The position numbers were made by a program, and so were the translations under genes. Source: Octopus vulgaris (taxonomy: Eukaryota). Taken from it: 64,000 nucleotides of DNA. Location of the stretch: assembly GCA_951406725.2 (NCBI GenBank), contig OX597814.1, positions 76,074,001-76,138,000 on the forward strand, read 5' to 3'. Below the pieces are notes generated by a model, which did no database searches, had not been told where the DNA came from, and saw only the letters and a list, made by a program, of their open reading frames with translations. Every line of letters begins with the position of its first letter. The first letter of the stretch is position 1. Positions 10,615 to 24,246 of this stretch are shown piece after piece.

Positions 10615-12667
10615 TCCTAACACCAACCACTCTGGGAGTGTAGTGGGTGCTTTTACGTGCCACCAGCATTAGGGCCAGTCAGGTGGTACTGGCAACAGCC
10701 ACACTCAAATGGTGTTTTTTACGTGTCACCTGCTCAGGGGCCAGTCCAGTGGCACTGGCAATGACCTCGCATGAATATTTTTCACGTGCCACCAGCACAA
10801 GTACCAGTAAGGCGACGCTGATAATGATCACACTTGAATGGTGCTTTTTACGTGCCACCAGCATGGAAGCCGTTCAACTGTTCTGGCAACGATCACTCTC
10901 GGAGGGAGGTCTTAGCACTCCACTAGCACAGATGCCAGTCATCAAATTTGATTTCGATTTCACTTGCCTCAAAAGGTCTTCACAAGCAGAGTTTAGTGTC
11001 CAATAAAGGAAAGGTATGCATAAGTGGGATGGTTACACCCCTGGCATAGGCCATGGGTTATGGTTTCACTTGGCTTGTTGGGTCTTCTGAAGCACAGCAT
11101 ATTTCCAAAGGTTTAGGTCTCTAGTCATTGCCTCCGTGAGTCCTAATGTTTGAAGGTCATGCTTCACCACCTCATCCCAGGTCTTCCTGGGTCTACCACT
11201 TCCATAGGTTCCCTCAATTGCTAGGGTGTGGCACTTTTTCACACAGCTATCCTCATCCATTCTTGCCACATGACCATACCAGTGCAATCGTCTCTCTTGC
11301 ACACCACAACTGATGCTTCTTAGATCCAACTTTTCTCTCAAGGTACTTACACGCCGTCAAGTATGCACACTGACATTGCACATCCATCGGATCATACTGG
11401 CTTACGCATATCCTCAGCAGTCACAGCCCATGTTTCACTGCCGTGTAGCATGGCTGTTCATACACATGCGTCATACAGTCTACCTTTTACTTTAAATGAG
11501 AGGCCCTTTGTCACCAGCAGAGGTAAGAGCTCTCTGAATGTTGCCCAGGCTATTCTTATTCTAGCAGCTACACTTTCAGTGCACCCCCCTCCCTACTGAC
11601 TTGGTCACCTAGGTAATGGAAGCTATCAACTACTTCTATTTTTTCTCCCTGGAATGTGGCAGAAGTTGTTCTCTGCACATTTTTAGTGTTTATTGCTCCT
11701 GAGTATCTGCCACATACAAAAACTATATTCACAGTTAGCCTTCCTTTGATATTACTGCACCTCTTATGTGTCCATAGCTTACACTGGGTACATCTTATAG
11801 AGTTTCTACCTACACCTCTACAACAGATCAAGCAGGGCCATCTACCTGAAGGGATTTGTGGTTTGCCTGCCTTCCTACTTATTAGGACTTTGGTTTTAGC
11901 TCGGTTGACCCTAAGGCCCTTTGATTCTAATCCTTGCTTCCACACCTGAAACTTCTCCTCTAGTTCTGATAGAGACTCAGCAATTAGAGCAAAGTCGTCA
12001 GCGTAGAGGAGCTCCCAGGAGCATTCTGTCTTGAATTCCTCTGTTATTGCCTGGAGGACTATGATAAATAGGACTATGATAAATACCTCGATCCGGAATT
12101 CTTCACCGTATTCGTTGCCAACCTTCACCTTACTGACAGTGTCCTTGTACATGGCTTGCGCAGCTCTCACTAACCATTCATCTATCCCTAGTTTTCTCAT
12201 TGACCACCAGATAAGGGATCGGGGGACCCTATCAAAGGCTTTCTCTATGTTAATGAAAGCCAGGTACAGAGGTTTATCTTTGGCGAGGTATTTCTCCTGC
12301 AGCTGTTTTACCAGAAATATAGCATCAGTGGTGCTTTTCCCTGGCATGAACCCAAACTGCATCTCATCTAAACTGACTCCCTCCCTAATTAGTTGGGCTA
12401 TGACCTTCTGCGGGACCTTCATTACCTGATCCAACAACTTGATACCTCTGTAATTATTTGTATCTAAAGCATCATCTTTACCTTTGTAGCAGTTGACTAT
12501 GGTGCCGCTACACCAGTCATTGGGTATGACTCCTTTGTGTATCACCTGGTTAACTATATGGATGACCAGGCTATAGCTGACACTGCCAGCTATTTTGAGC
12601 ATCTCTGCGGTGATTCCTGATGGACTGGGGGCTTTCCCTGTCTTCATACTCTTAATTGTTTTATCTA
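10615..12667 (-). mobile_element. RTE LINE, 5'-truncated, with 367-aa RT ORF (11568-12671)
   Basis: 'NYRGIKLL', 'QFGFMPGKSTTDAIF', 'IEKAFDRVPR', 'LLYADD', and C-terminal 'GRPRKTW' in 11066-11341. Confidence 0.95.
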
Positions 12668-13507
12668 CCAAGGTATTGTCAATTCAGATAGCTGGTCCCT
12701 CTGTTGGGTCGACAGAAGCTTGGAAGTTGCTGTGATTGACGAAATGGTGGACTTAATATATTCAACCACTACTGTGGTTGAATGATATGCACACAGTTGT
12801 TTAAGAAACCATAAATCAAAAATAACAGACACTTGTGTATTTGTAGACAGAATTGGTATATTAATCTTTATATCATACAATATTATACATCCATTTCAAC
12901 TAATTTTATCAATCAGTTTTGCCCATAAATTAAATAATTAAGTGCTTATCAGAAGAGCTGGTCTGAAAAGTATAGTGATGGCTCTCTGCTACTTGAAGTC
13001 AGTAAGTGTTACATCTGGTTTGTGGATGCTGTGAAAACAACAGAATAGATAAAGTTCAGAAGAGAATTCATGAAGAGAGATAACTGCCTGCAAAGTAGAG
13101 TTTGGGTGGTGGCATCGAAGGGTTGATGAGAGTACAAGTAGAGAGGATAAGGAGTGGGCATCCAATCAAAGTCCATGTGTGGAAAAGTATGTGTATATTT
13201 ATATGTATTTTTTAATGTAAAGTTGGGTGTGGTAAACACTACAGGTCATAGTAATAGGAAGTTCTAACATCTATAATCATGTTGCATTCTGTAGATAGCC
13301 AATCACATATTTTCTTTCATGTGTGGATGAACAGAAAATCATGCTTTTGCAGTTTAGATAGACAGGGATGCAGCAAACCAATACTGGTTATCAAACAATG
13401 GTGGGAGGACAAACATTAACACAATGACGCACACACACACACACACACACACGCACGCACACGCACGCACACACACACATACATACATACATACATACAT
13501 ACATACA

Positions 13508-13559
<52 letters not shown>

Positions 13560-13766
13560 CATACTTCGTTTTTGGATTTGGTTTGCAAGATTCTTTATGT
13601 GAGTTGGTGTGTGGTGTGTTGAAGCATATTCTGTTGTGTCATTTTCTTTTTGTCATTTTCTTTTTGTGCCTTATAATTTAGAAAATAAAAATAAGAAATA
13701 AGTGGACATTTTACCAGTGGGTGTGTTAAATTATAAGGCACAAAAAGAAAATGACTCTCCCCAGAC

Positions 13767-13858
<92 letters not shown>

Positions 13859-14483
13859 GTATACATATATACATATGCATATGTGTGTGTGTGTGTGTAT
13901 ACATGTGCACCCACACCATACACATGCACACACACACACATGCACACACACACACATGCACGCACGTATGCACACACACCAGACTTCCACACAGTTTCAC
14001 AGTGAAATGTGCTTGCAAGGCATTGGTCAGCAGAAGGGGCTCTAGAAGATGACATTTGCCCAAGATGCTGTGCAATGGGACTGAACCTTAAGACCACAGG
14101 GTTACAAATTGAGCTTCTTAACCACACAACAATAATAAATAAATGAAAAAATAAATAGCTAATTTATGACAAAGATGAAGAGAGTAGGCTCTCCTATGGG
14201 ACTGAATATTCGTCTCTACTGAATTCCATTTTGACATCTATGTTATTGATTACACTAATGCACTCCTGTCATTTCTCAGACACAATCATTAACCAACTTT
14301 CCTGAGATAACGTTTGAGTCCTCCAGAAAAGATTATTCTGCTGGTTTTCTGTCCTGAATTTAGGTTCATAAACGTGTGTGTGTGTGTGATTGTGTGTGTG
14401 TCTATGTATTTGTGTGTGTGTTAGCATGTGTGTGTGTATGATTGTATGTATGTATGGCCGGAGTGTGTGTGTGTGTGTATACA

Positions 14484-14535
<52 letters not shown>

Positions 14536-14893
14536 TGTATGTCTGTGTGTGTGTGTAATTAGCAAGTTTGCTTCCCAACAACATTATTTCAGGTTCAGTC
14601 CCAATGTTTGGCACTTTGGGCGGCAAATGCCTTTTGCGAGGCCTCGATTGATGAATGCCTTGTAAGTGGACAAGATTGATGGAAACTAAAAGAATCCCAC
14701 CACACATATATATATATTATTCTTATAAAAGAATGTTGTTGACAGTGACTTTGAAGTTTCAGCCAGTTAAGCCATTGTTGGGCTGTGATGCATTTTACTC
14801 TACAAAAGTACAGATAACCCATCAGATTGTTGTAAAATTGTTTTTATTATAACTGAACATAAAAACAAGCAATAATATATATATATGTTTATA

Positions 14894-14965
<72 letters not shown>

Positions 14966-15049
14966 TACACACACACACATACACACACACACATACACAT
15001 ATATACCCACTCCATCTCTCACAAATGTGTGTGTGTGTGTACATATATT

Positions 15050-15720
15050 TGAGGGTGCTTGGCCTAGTGGTTATGGTGTTACACTCATTGTTGCAAAAAC
15101 TTTGGTTCAATTCCTGAACCTGGTAGTGCATTGTGCTCTTAAGCAAAACACTTAGTTTCCTGTTGCTTTACAGTCATTTTGACACCTGATGTGTGGTGCA
15201 TTGCACACCTGTTCAGACAATGTTGATTCAATGGAGGGAGTGAGCTAACATAAAGCACAAACATTTGATCACTACAAACAAATCATTTGTGCAGGCTGCA
15301 TACACGCATGCACACACACACACACACACACACATTTGTATATATGTGCGGAATGTGGGATTCTTTTATCCTCTTCTCTTGATATTGTATGATATTTGTG
15401 CAAAACATGTGGCTTTGTGGTTAAGGTATCCAACTCATGATTGTGCAGTCATAAGTTCAATTCCTGGTGGCATATTGTATCCTTAAGCAAAACACTCTAT
15501 TTCACATTGTTCTTGTCCACTCAGCTGGCAAAAATGAGTTGTACCTGTATTTCAAAGGGCCAACCTTGTCGTATTTTGTGTCACGTTAAATCTACATTAA
15601 AGGTATGTGTGCCTGTGGAGTGCTCAGCCACTTGCACATTAATTTCATGAGCATGCTGTTCTGTTGATCAGGTCAACTGGAACCCTTGTTGTCATAACCA
15701 ATGGAGTGCCTGTTATAGTC
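15050..15720 (+). mobile_element. Two adjacent old tRNA-derived SINEs (~15050-15298 and ~15405-15715); related copy ~48605-48850
   Basis: A-box-like TGGCCTAGTGG and TGGCTTTGTGG with B-box-like GGTTCAATTCC and AGTTCAATTCC; shared TTAAGCAAAACACT core. Confidence 0.65.
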
Positions 15721-16224
15721 ATATATTTGTAAAATGTGCCTCACTGTCCAACAAGCAGTGCAGTTCATTTCTAATCCTCCAATCTTCTGGCCATAGGAAA
15801 ATATTACATTACTTGGAAATAGAAATATGCAAGGGTTGTCAACAGGAAGAGCATCCAGCTGTAGAAAATCTTCTTAAACAAATTATTAATAACTACATAA
15901 TCTTCATTTATATTAGAACCGATGCAGACATCTGGGTTGGTTTTATCAGGATTAAGGTTTATGTTTTCATAGTCGCTGCTGACACTACTAGGGTGGCTAG
16001 TACTGCTACATATAGAGGTGATAGACAGTGGTTGAAGTAGTCAGCTGACAGACAGTATCATGACAGCTAATGTTGGCTACTTGACTGACACAGTCACTAT
16101 TATTAAGATGGAATATGGCACAATTGTTACTACCACTGCTATGGCTTTCTACATAAGGGCTGCAAATATTTTTATTATTGTTCTTGCTGCTACAACTGCC
16201 ACCACCACCGCCACTTCCACCACC

Positions 16225-16271
<47 letters not shown>

Positions 16272-16290
16272 TATTGTCATCATCATTATT

Positions 16291-16480
16291 AGGCGCTGAG
16301 CTGGCAGAATCCTTAGCACACTGGGCAAAATGCTTAGTGGTATTTTGTCTGCTGGTATGTTCTGAGCTCAAAATCCTTGCCTTTCATCCTGTCAGGGTCA
16401 ATAAATTAAGTACTGGAGTCAATGTAATTGACTAGTTTCCCCCCATCAAATTTAAGGCCTTGTACCTTTAGTAGAAAGGA
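16291..16480 (+). mobile_element. tRNA-derived SINE, family 1 (many copies, e.g. 10320-10430, 17246-17450, 32647-32870, 34395-35118, 36305-36960, 37528-37905, 44235-44470, 45155-45730, 48852-49280)
   Basis: Recurrent GAGCTGGCAGAA...TTAGCAC...AAATGCTTAG...GTTCTGAGTTCAAATTC...GACTTTGCCTTTCATCCTTTC unit, usually flanked by (ATT)n. Confidence 0.85.
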
Positions 16481-16506
16481 TTGTTATTATTATTATTATT
16501 ATTATA

Positions 16507-16556
<50 letters not shown>

Positions 16557-16571
16557 CATTATTATTATTAT

Positions 16572-17104
16572 TGAGTGAGAGAGCAGTTCATGCCATCAAA
16601 GTGACACTGGGGTAAAATATACGAAGCCCAATATACCCATCATGACTACCCGTCTGATAAAGGTACACCAGGCACATGCATCACAACCATATGTGCGCGA
16701 CATGGTGATCTCATATCAAGATAAACAGCACATGACCTTGCAGGTGGGGCCCAGTTAGAATTTTCTTCAGGTTGAGTAGCCCATCCCGCTCAAACGGTCC
16801 CTGAATAAGGGTTGTTTAAGGATGTTGAAAGAACCACGCATGTTTCCAAAGCATCCCTCTCAACACATGGCTATGATGCTCCCCCACTACTTCTGCTCGT
16901 GATCAGAGATGCACATATCGTCAGCCACTAAGGGACATGCTCAACTGGTTAAGGTCAAACAACTGACAAGCAAATCTGTGGTATTGAGCAGAATATTTGC
17001 TGTAGCCCATCTTTTATACCAAGACAAAACAATGTACATGATAACACTTCCAATCAGTTAAGATCAGAAGCCATGAAAGCCACTGCCTGGTACTGCATCA
17101 GGGC

Positions 17105-17107
<3 letters not shown>
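16572..17107 (-). mobile_element. ~550-bp non-coding retroposon inserted in (AAT)n, copy 1
   Basis: Near-identical reverse complement of 43619-44176, with (ATT)n on both sides. Confidence 0.88.
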
Positions 17108-17156
<49 letters not shown>

Positions 17157-17196
17157 GTTGTTGTTATTGTTATTATTATTATTATGATTATTATTA

Positions 17197-17245
<49 letters not shown>

Positions 17246-17469
17246 GAGGGTGGTGAGTTGGCAGAACCATTAACAAGCCAGGTGAAATGCTTTTTTTTAT
17301 CTGCCACTATGTTCTGAGTTCAAATTCTACTGAGGTCGACTTTACCTTTCATCCTTTCAGGCTAGATAAAATAAGTAGCAGCTACACACTGGGATCAATG
17401 TAATCGACTAGCCCCAAAATTTTCAAGGCCTTGTGCCTAGAGTAGAAATTATTATTATTATTATTATTA

Positions 17470-17882
17470 CTTTTTTTCTTCTTCTTTCAAATTTTCTTCC
17501 ATTTCTTGCCGAGTGTCTTCCCGACTCCTAGGGCAAAGAAACTCATAGTGTATATTGGTAGGCCATTAAACCAAACTCAGTAGTTCGTTCATTTTTTTTT
17601 ATTTTTATTTAATTTTTTTTTTTTAAAGTTAAATTAAAATACATGAGCAGCAACATTTCTCACATTGACAATGCTCTTCTCAATACGTGTGATGTACCAG
17701 TTAAGACAATCTTTTGCACTTTTTGCAGGGATGGTAAGCCAGGGATCATTCTCATATAATTTTCGGTTCCCTTCTCGATCATTCCTAGTGCTCCTACGAT
17801 CACTGGTATTGTAACCGCCTTGAGATGCCACATTTTCTCAATTTCAATGAGTAGGTCTTTATATTTTCTGAGCTTGTCAAAC

Positions 17883-17883
<1 letters not shown>
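17470..17883 (-). mobile_element. R4/Dong LINE 3' fragment (same family as 39.6-43.6 kb)
   Basis: Reverse complement of ~43181-43578, flanked by (ATT)n on both sides. Confidence 0.9.
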
Positions 17884-17932
<49 letters not shown>

Positions 17933-18639
17933 TTTATTATAGTTGTCATTGTTCTTATTTTTATTATAGTTATCATTACCAATATATTATCACTAGCATT
18001 GCTGTTACAGTTATAATCTGCAATACATTAAAAGTCAGTTTTAATATTGCTTACTTGCTTGTAATGTCACTCAGTCAAATTAGCACATAATTGGAAAATA
18101 CCATGAATTAAGTTTACCCTGAAATGTTAATATGAATCGAACGAAACAAGTTTCATATAAATTGGTAAAGTAGTTTTCAAGATATTAGAGATTTTCAGGG
18201 TATAAATACCCAAAATGGTGCATAATGGGAAAATGTTCTGAAAATAATCTTCATCCTTGAAAGGAAGAAACTGTTTCTGTTAGACAGTGAGTTGACAACA
18301 AAAACAAAAATGATTTCTTTTATTTTCAATTTCTATTTTCACTATTGTTAAACACAAAATGTTAATCATTTACAAATATTTTTAAGTGAATGTGATTTCA
18401 AAATGTAAGCTGTTTGTACAGTAAGTATGTATATTTTAGCTTTCTTTAAACAGACAATACTTTAATGGTTTTTAAAATTATTTTCAAGTGAATACCATTA
18501 CAAAAATGTTTTTGGTATATTTAAAAAATATCCTAAAGGGAAAATGGCTTTAAAAATACAGTAGATATTTCATAAAAGACCTGTCCATAACCTCAGTGTG
18601 AAATAGTTCTTTTGAGTGCATTCAACGTATATCCCCTCC

Positions 18640-18758
18640 AAAGATTTGGCTGCTATTTCTAGCATGCCCTGCTACCACGTAACAGCTATTTGTGAAAAAG
18701 GACCTGAAATACCTGTTATGTGGTAGCAGGCCATGCAAGAAATAGCAGCCAAATCTTT
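18640..18758. repeat. Short palindromic MITE-like hairpin
   Basis: AAGATTTGGCTGCTATTTCTAGCATGCCCTGCTACCACGTAACAG pairs with CTGTTATGTGGTAGCAGGCCATGCAAGAAATAGCAGCCAAATCTT; a related half-motif lies at ~28712. Confidence 0.8.
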
Positions 18759-18954
18759 CCAACCCACGAAACAAAACTCTGTTGCAGGGAAACTCAGTGT
18801 TTTCCGATGACCCAACATGTCATGGACAGTCTAGTTATTATTATCATTATTATCATTGTTGTTGTTGTAGTTGTTGTTATTGTTGTTACTATTTACATTG
18901 TGACTGGCTATGTTGATATTACACCTATTTTTACCTTCTATAATGCTCTCTAGG

Positions 18955-19640
18955 TTAGGTAAAGTTGAGAATGAAATTCTTATCTTACATTTATTAAAGA
19001 TATGGTAAGATTTAGTGCATGCGGGGGGAAATTTTTCACAAAAGAGGCAAATAACTTTTTAGAAATTTTTTTATTAATATTGGCTGACCAAGGGGGATTA
19101 AACCAGATTGGGGCATCATTGTTTGAGTTTGACAAACTTTTGGATTTGCAGTATCTAAATTTTTATGTTTTAATGGTACTCTCAAGATAATCAGTGCCGC
19201 TATGCTTACTTGCAGTGTTATTAAATTTACTATTACCATTACTGCTATTAATACGATTCATATAAGTAACATTAATGTTGGCAAATTTATCATTACATTC
19301 ATTATTATTGTTAATATTCAACACAGGTCTGTCAGTATTACAAATATCAATCACAGAACTATTAGTTTCAGTAATAATAATGGTACAATTGCTAATCTTT
19401 TTCTCTTTCATCAAAAACGTCTTTATGCACATATTACTACTATCACTATTACCACAAATATTCATATTATTATTAGTATTATTATTGTTATTATTATTAT
19501 CATAAGAATTGTTATCAAGACTATTATTATTAATACTATTTTTGATGTTGCTATTGTTGTTGTTGTAATCATCGTCATCATCATCATCATCATTATTATT
19601 AATGCTACTATTAACAGAACAATCTACTTTGTTCAAGTTG
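18955..19640 (-). mobile_element. Penelope-like element remnant (Asn-rich linker then IWFNPP motif)
   Basis: Hand translation near 19110-19005 gives IWFNPPWSANINKKISKKLFASFVKNFPPH, resembling the post-RT motif of PLE ORFs; it is preceded by the Asn-rich ORF 19163-19636. Confidence 0.55.
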
Positions 19641-19842
19641 ATATGGGAAGCTACATTATAACATTATGATTTTTATTATTTGCTTTCTTAATTTTCTTGT
19701 TCTAAAGCTCAGGACTTCCTAGACTTTTACAATTATTTTTACTATTGCACATGATTGTATTTCAGTATGTATTTATATTTTTGCTCATACTATCCTGTTT
19801 TGTATGATCTTTCATTTTACTAGTCACAAAAACATAGTTAAT

Positions 19843-19885
<43 letters not shown>

Positions 19886-20112
19886 CATGTGATCACGTGA
19901 CCAACCAGACCATCAGATGTTGTTACACATCGCTGGTCACAATGCGTTCGCATTGTTTTAGCCTTCGAATGACGCCACCCCGCTGCCTAAGCGAGCAGGC
20001 AAATATATATATATATATATATATATGTAGGTCCCGGGTTGATTCGGGGTTAACCACAGTAAGTAAGGTACTCAATACATAGCAGAGTAAAATTAATTTA
20101 TTATATAGAAGG

Positions 20113-20163
20113 AGCTTCTACAGGACTAGTACTGTTTCATTCAAGAGAAATCTTCAGGAAGCT
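20113..20163 (-). ncRNA. Type I hammerhead ribozyme motif (mirror of 22377-22427)
   Basis: Exact reverse complement of the plus-strand motif. Confidence 0.8.
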
Positions 20164-20498
20164 ATTTAACAAGAATTGTATTAGCATTTATACATTTAGG
20201 CAGGTTTAAAGGAGTGGTGGTGGGGGACTTTTTGGGGGTAGGCATAGCGCAAAATATCATGCTTGGGGGAGTGGTCAAGGAGTCAGTGGTAAGTTAGATG
20301 AAAGAATAGATAAATAAAAAAATTAAAAAATAAATAAATAAATAAAAAAATAAAAAATATATATAAAAAATATATATATATAAAAAATATATATATAAAA
20401 AAAGGGGGATAGAGTTATAGGTAAATAAGGAGATTCTCACTTATACCTATACACACATGTATACGTATCTACACACACATATATATACACATATATAT

Positions 20499-20547
<49 letters not shown>

Positions 20548-20989
20548 CACACATACATACATATCTACATACACACATACATACACCCGCCCACATATAC
20601 AAATTTATACACATGCACATCCCTATACCTGTCTACACATACACACACGTATATATGCATACACTCACTCCCATGCATGCACGCATACACACATGTATAT
20701 ATATATATATACCCACGACCACACATACATATATACACAGAAAAATATATATTCATACGCACATACACTCATGCACACACAACACACCTAGTTCCCTATA
20801 TACACATATTTACACCTATATATACATACACCCACATACACCTATGTACATATATATATATATATATATATACATATACACGCATACATATATATACATG
20901 TGTGCACATACATACATACACACATATACATACACATACACATACACATGTGTACCTATACATACCTACACATACACACATACATACAT

Positions 20990-21024
<35 letters not shown>

Positions 21025-21419
21025 CCAATACAGGCCCATTCCCTAATTTTAATTTTATTATCTTCATTTATTACTTTTGTTATCTTTGATCGCTAGGGCT
21101 AAGAATCCTGGCTATGGCTGCATGTCCATTTGTCTGTCTACTGGAAGGCAAGTACTCATTCCCGCACGCACACTCATTAGCACGTACATTCACCCATTCA
21201 TACACTCATACACATACACGTACGCACGCGTTATATTCATACATACAAACATCTACATACGTTCACGTATATACACATACGTACTCGTACCTACAGATTC
21301 GTGTCTACACTATAGGAGGCTAGTCTATACATATACACCAAAAAATATACATATATATATATATACACACATATATACATACACACACATACATATATAC
21401 TCCTACATACAGATACATA

Positions 21420-21465
<46 letters not shown>

Positions 21466-21641
21466 CATACACATACACACATACATATACACACACATAC
21501 ATACACATATATATACATACACAAACATATATACACACATATATATATACATACACACATACACACATACATACGTATACATACATACATACATCCATAC
21601 ATCCATACTTACATGCATTTATACGCATACACACACCCATC

Positions 21642-21677
<36 letters not shown>

Positions 21678-21955
21678 CTCACACATACATATACAAATCT
21701 ACGCACACACATACATACATACACGTATACACATACACGCACATACACATATACATGCATACCCATACACGTGCACACACGCACACGCATCCATATATAT
21801 ACACACACACACATATATATACACGTGTGCAAGCATACATACATACTCATACGCGCACACATACTTACATATACATATATGCACACACTTACACACATAT
21901 ATATACATACACATATACATGCATACATACATATATGCATACATACACACACGCA

Positions 21956-21999
<44 letters not shown>

Positions 22000-22376
22000 T
22001 ACATATACATATACACACACATACACATATACACATACATACACATACACATACAGACATATATACACACACATATATATACATATATATACACATATAC
22101 ACATACATATATACACATATATATATGTGTATATATATATTTTATATATATATTTTTTATATATATATATTTTTTATATATATTTTTTATTTTTTTATTT
22201 ATTTATTTATTTTTTAATTTTTTTATTTATCTATTCTTTCATCTAACTTACCACTGACTCCTTGACCACTCCCCCAAGCATGATATTTTGCGCTATGCCT
22301 ACCCCCAAAAAGTCCCCCACCACCACTCCTTTAAACCTGCCTAAATGTATAAATGCTAATACAATTCTTGTTAAAT

Positions 22377-22427
22377 AGCTTCCTGAAGATTTCTCTTGAA
22401 TGAAACAGTACTAGTCCTGTAGAAGCT
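22377..22427 (+). ncRNA. Type I hammerhead ribozyme motif
   Basis: AGCTTC-CTGAAGA-T TTC tctt GAA T-GAAA-CAG tactagtc CTG-TA-GAAGCT. Stems I and III are perfect; stem II is 3 bp with a U.U first pair. Confidence 0.82.
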
Positions 22428-22967
22428 CCTTCTATATAATAAATATATATATATATATATATATATCAGGTTAAGTAAAAAGTAACCAACGTTTTGATCC
22501 ATGAAGAATTTGTACCAGGTTTTTGCAGTTTTTAAATTTTTTTAAACAATTTTTTGCAGTTGTGTGATAATACAGACATAGACTTTCCAAATACATCAAT
22601 AAATTAACATTTATATTTTTTCACTGTTGTTACAATCATCTGAAATGGAACTGTCAAAACGCAATATTCAAGCAATTTTGATATTCCACTTCAAAGAAGG
22701 ATGTAAAGTTGCTGAAACTGCTCGTGATATCAACAAAACATTTGGTGAGGAAATGATCAGTGAGTGGTCAGCTCAAAAATGGTTTAAACAATTTCACAGT
22801 GGAAACTTGAGCCTTGAAGATTGTGAGCATACTGGACGCCCATCTGTCATTGACGATGGCCATTTGTATGTGATTGGAAAATCAAAAATGCTCGACAAAT
22901 GTGCAGATATGAAATTTGTTCATCGCTTCTTCTCCATAACCAGACCAATCCATTTCTCAACTGTATT

Positions 22968-23622
22968 GGGCAAGACTTTCGCCTGTCCCCCCACCAAAAA
23001 AAACACCCTTTTTTAAAACTTTTTTTTTTCCCTTTTGAGCTACAGGGAATATGAATCTGCAAAAAAATTGGCAAAAATCGACATTTCTAAATTACCACCC
23101 CCATTTCCTTCATTTTAAACTTTTTTCAGAATCTTTTTTCTCTCAAAATATGTGGAAAAATACGGAGATTATGATTCTGAAAAAAATTTCCAAAAATCTT
23201 TGAAAAATTATTTTTAAGAATTTTTTCTTTTCTAAATATGTGGAAAAATACAGACATCAGGATTCAGACAAAATTTCAAAACCTTTCTGTACTTATGGTT
23301 ATGGTTTTAGGGTTACAGTTAGAGTTTTAGGGTTAGGGTTAGGGTTTTAGGGTTAGGGTTAGGGTTTTAGGGTTAGGGTTAAGGTTTTAGGGTTTGAGTT
23401 AGGGTTTTAGGGTTAGGGTTAGGGTTTTAGGGTTAGGGTTAGAGTTTTAGGGTTAGTGTTGTGGAAAAGTCAAAATTGAAGAAGTTGGGGTGGAAAAATT
23501 TTCACAATGCCGATTTTTGGCAATTTTCCGGAACCTCCATATCTGAAAACGGGGATTTTGGCAAAAAAAAAATTTTTAAATAAACAAATTTTTGAGAAAA
23601 CGGTGGGGGATACTCCTCTATT
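22968..23622. mobile_element. Non-autonomous insertion with inverted subterminal repeats carrying a telomere-like array
   Basis: Interrupts the mariner coding sequence. GTCCCCCCACC (~22984) mirrors GGTGGGGGATAC (~23602) and AAAATTGGCAAAAATCGACATT mirrors AATGCCGATTTTTGGCAATTTT. Confidence 0.65.
23293..23460 (+). repeat. Interstitial telomere-like array with a 20-bp higher-order unit TTTTAGGG-TTAGGG-TTAGGG
   Basis: Directly visible tandem repeat. Confidence 0.92.
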
Positions 23623-24027
23623 CCAGACTGGTCAACAAAAGAGATTGCTTGACCACATGTTTCACTAATGCTCCAGAAGTTGAGGGAACTTGGCTATGAA
23701 GTTCTTCCCCACCCAGCTAATTTCCCAGGTCTTTCTCCTACCAACTACCTCTTTTTCAAGCACCTTGATGATTTCCTGCAAGAGAAGGAGTTCAAAAATG
23801 AAACCAATGCTGAAAGTGCATTCAAAGAGTTCATCAGCTCCAGAACTCCAGATTTTTATGTTACTGGAATAAACAAACTTGTAACTCATTGGCAAAACTG
23901 TGTTGATTGTAATCGTACTTACTTTGATGAATAAAATTTCCTCATTGTTGAAATATATTGTGATGAATCTCATGTTCCAAAACGTTGCTTACATTTTACT
24001 CAGCCTGATATATATGTATGTATGTAC

Positions 24028-24058
<31 letters not shown>

Positions 24059-24208
24059 TGTATGTATGTATGTATGTATGTATACTTTTGCTATTGAAGG
24101 ATGGGCAAATAAAACATCATGTCATGCCTTTATATGGTATTTGGATATGGTTTTAAAAAGATTATGCTCTTATATAGAGCCTTCACCATGTGTGTGTGTG
24201 CCAGTGTC

Positions 24209-24246
<38 letters not shown>

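Larger units (their letters stand above)
20027..22443. mobile_element. Fold-back PLE-type element, family F2, inside (TA)n
   Basis: Arms ~20097-20400 and ~22140-22443 appear identical in inverted orientation. There is a unique tail at 20027-20096, a 1.7-kb CA/TA-rich spacer, and (TA)n at both ends. Confidence 0.9.
22466..24008 (+). mobile_element. Mariner (Mos1/SETMAR-type) transposon, internally deleted and interrupted
   Basis: TIRs TCAGGTTAAGTAAAAAGTAACCAACGTTTTG and CAAAACGTTGCTTACATTTTACTCAGCCTGA with TA flanks. HTH 'AETARDINKTFG...WFKQF..G..SLED..HTGRP' and C-terminal 'LPHPANFPGLSPTNYLFF' (YSPDLAPSD-like). Confidence 0.93.

Noticed and set aside
21077-22246. 389-aa His/Tyr/Ile/Thr-rich ORF and the many YIYI, CVCV, poly-I/N/Y ORFs across the window
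   Set aside because: These are translations of (TA)n, (CA)n, (CATA)n and (AAT)n repeats, which lack stops in most frames; no domain content.
23293-23460. True telomere or CRISPR-like array
   Set aside because: Short, internal, nested in transposons and without unique spacers.
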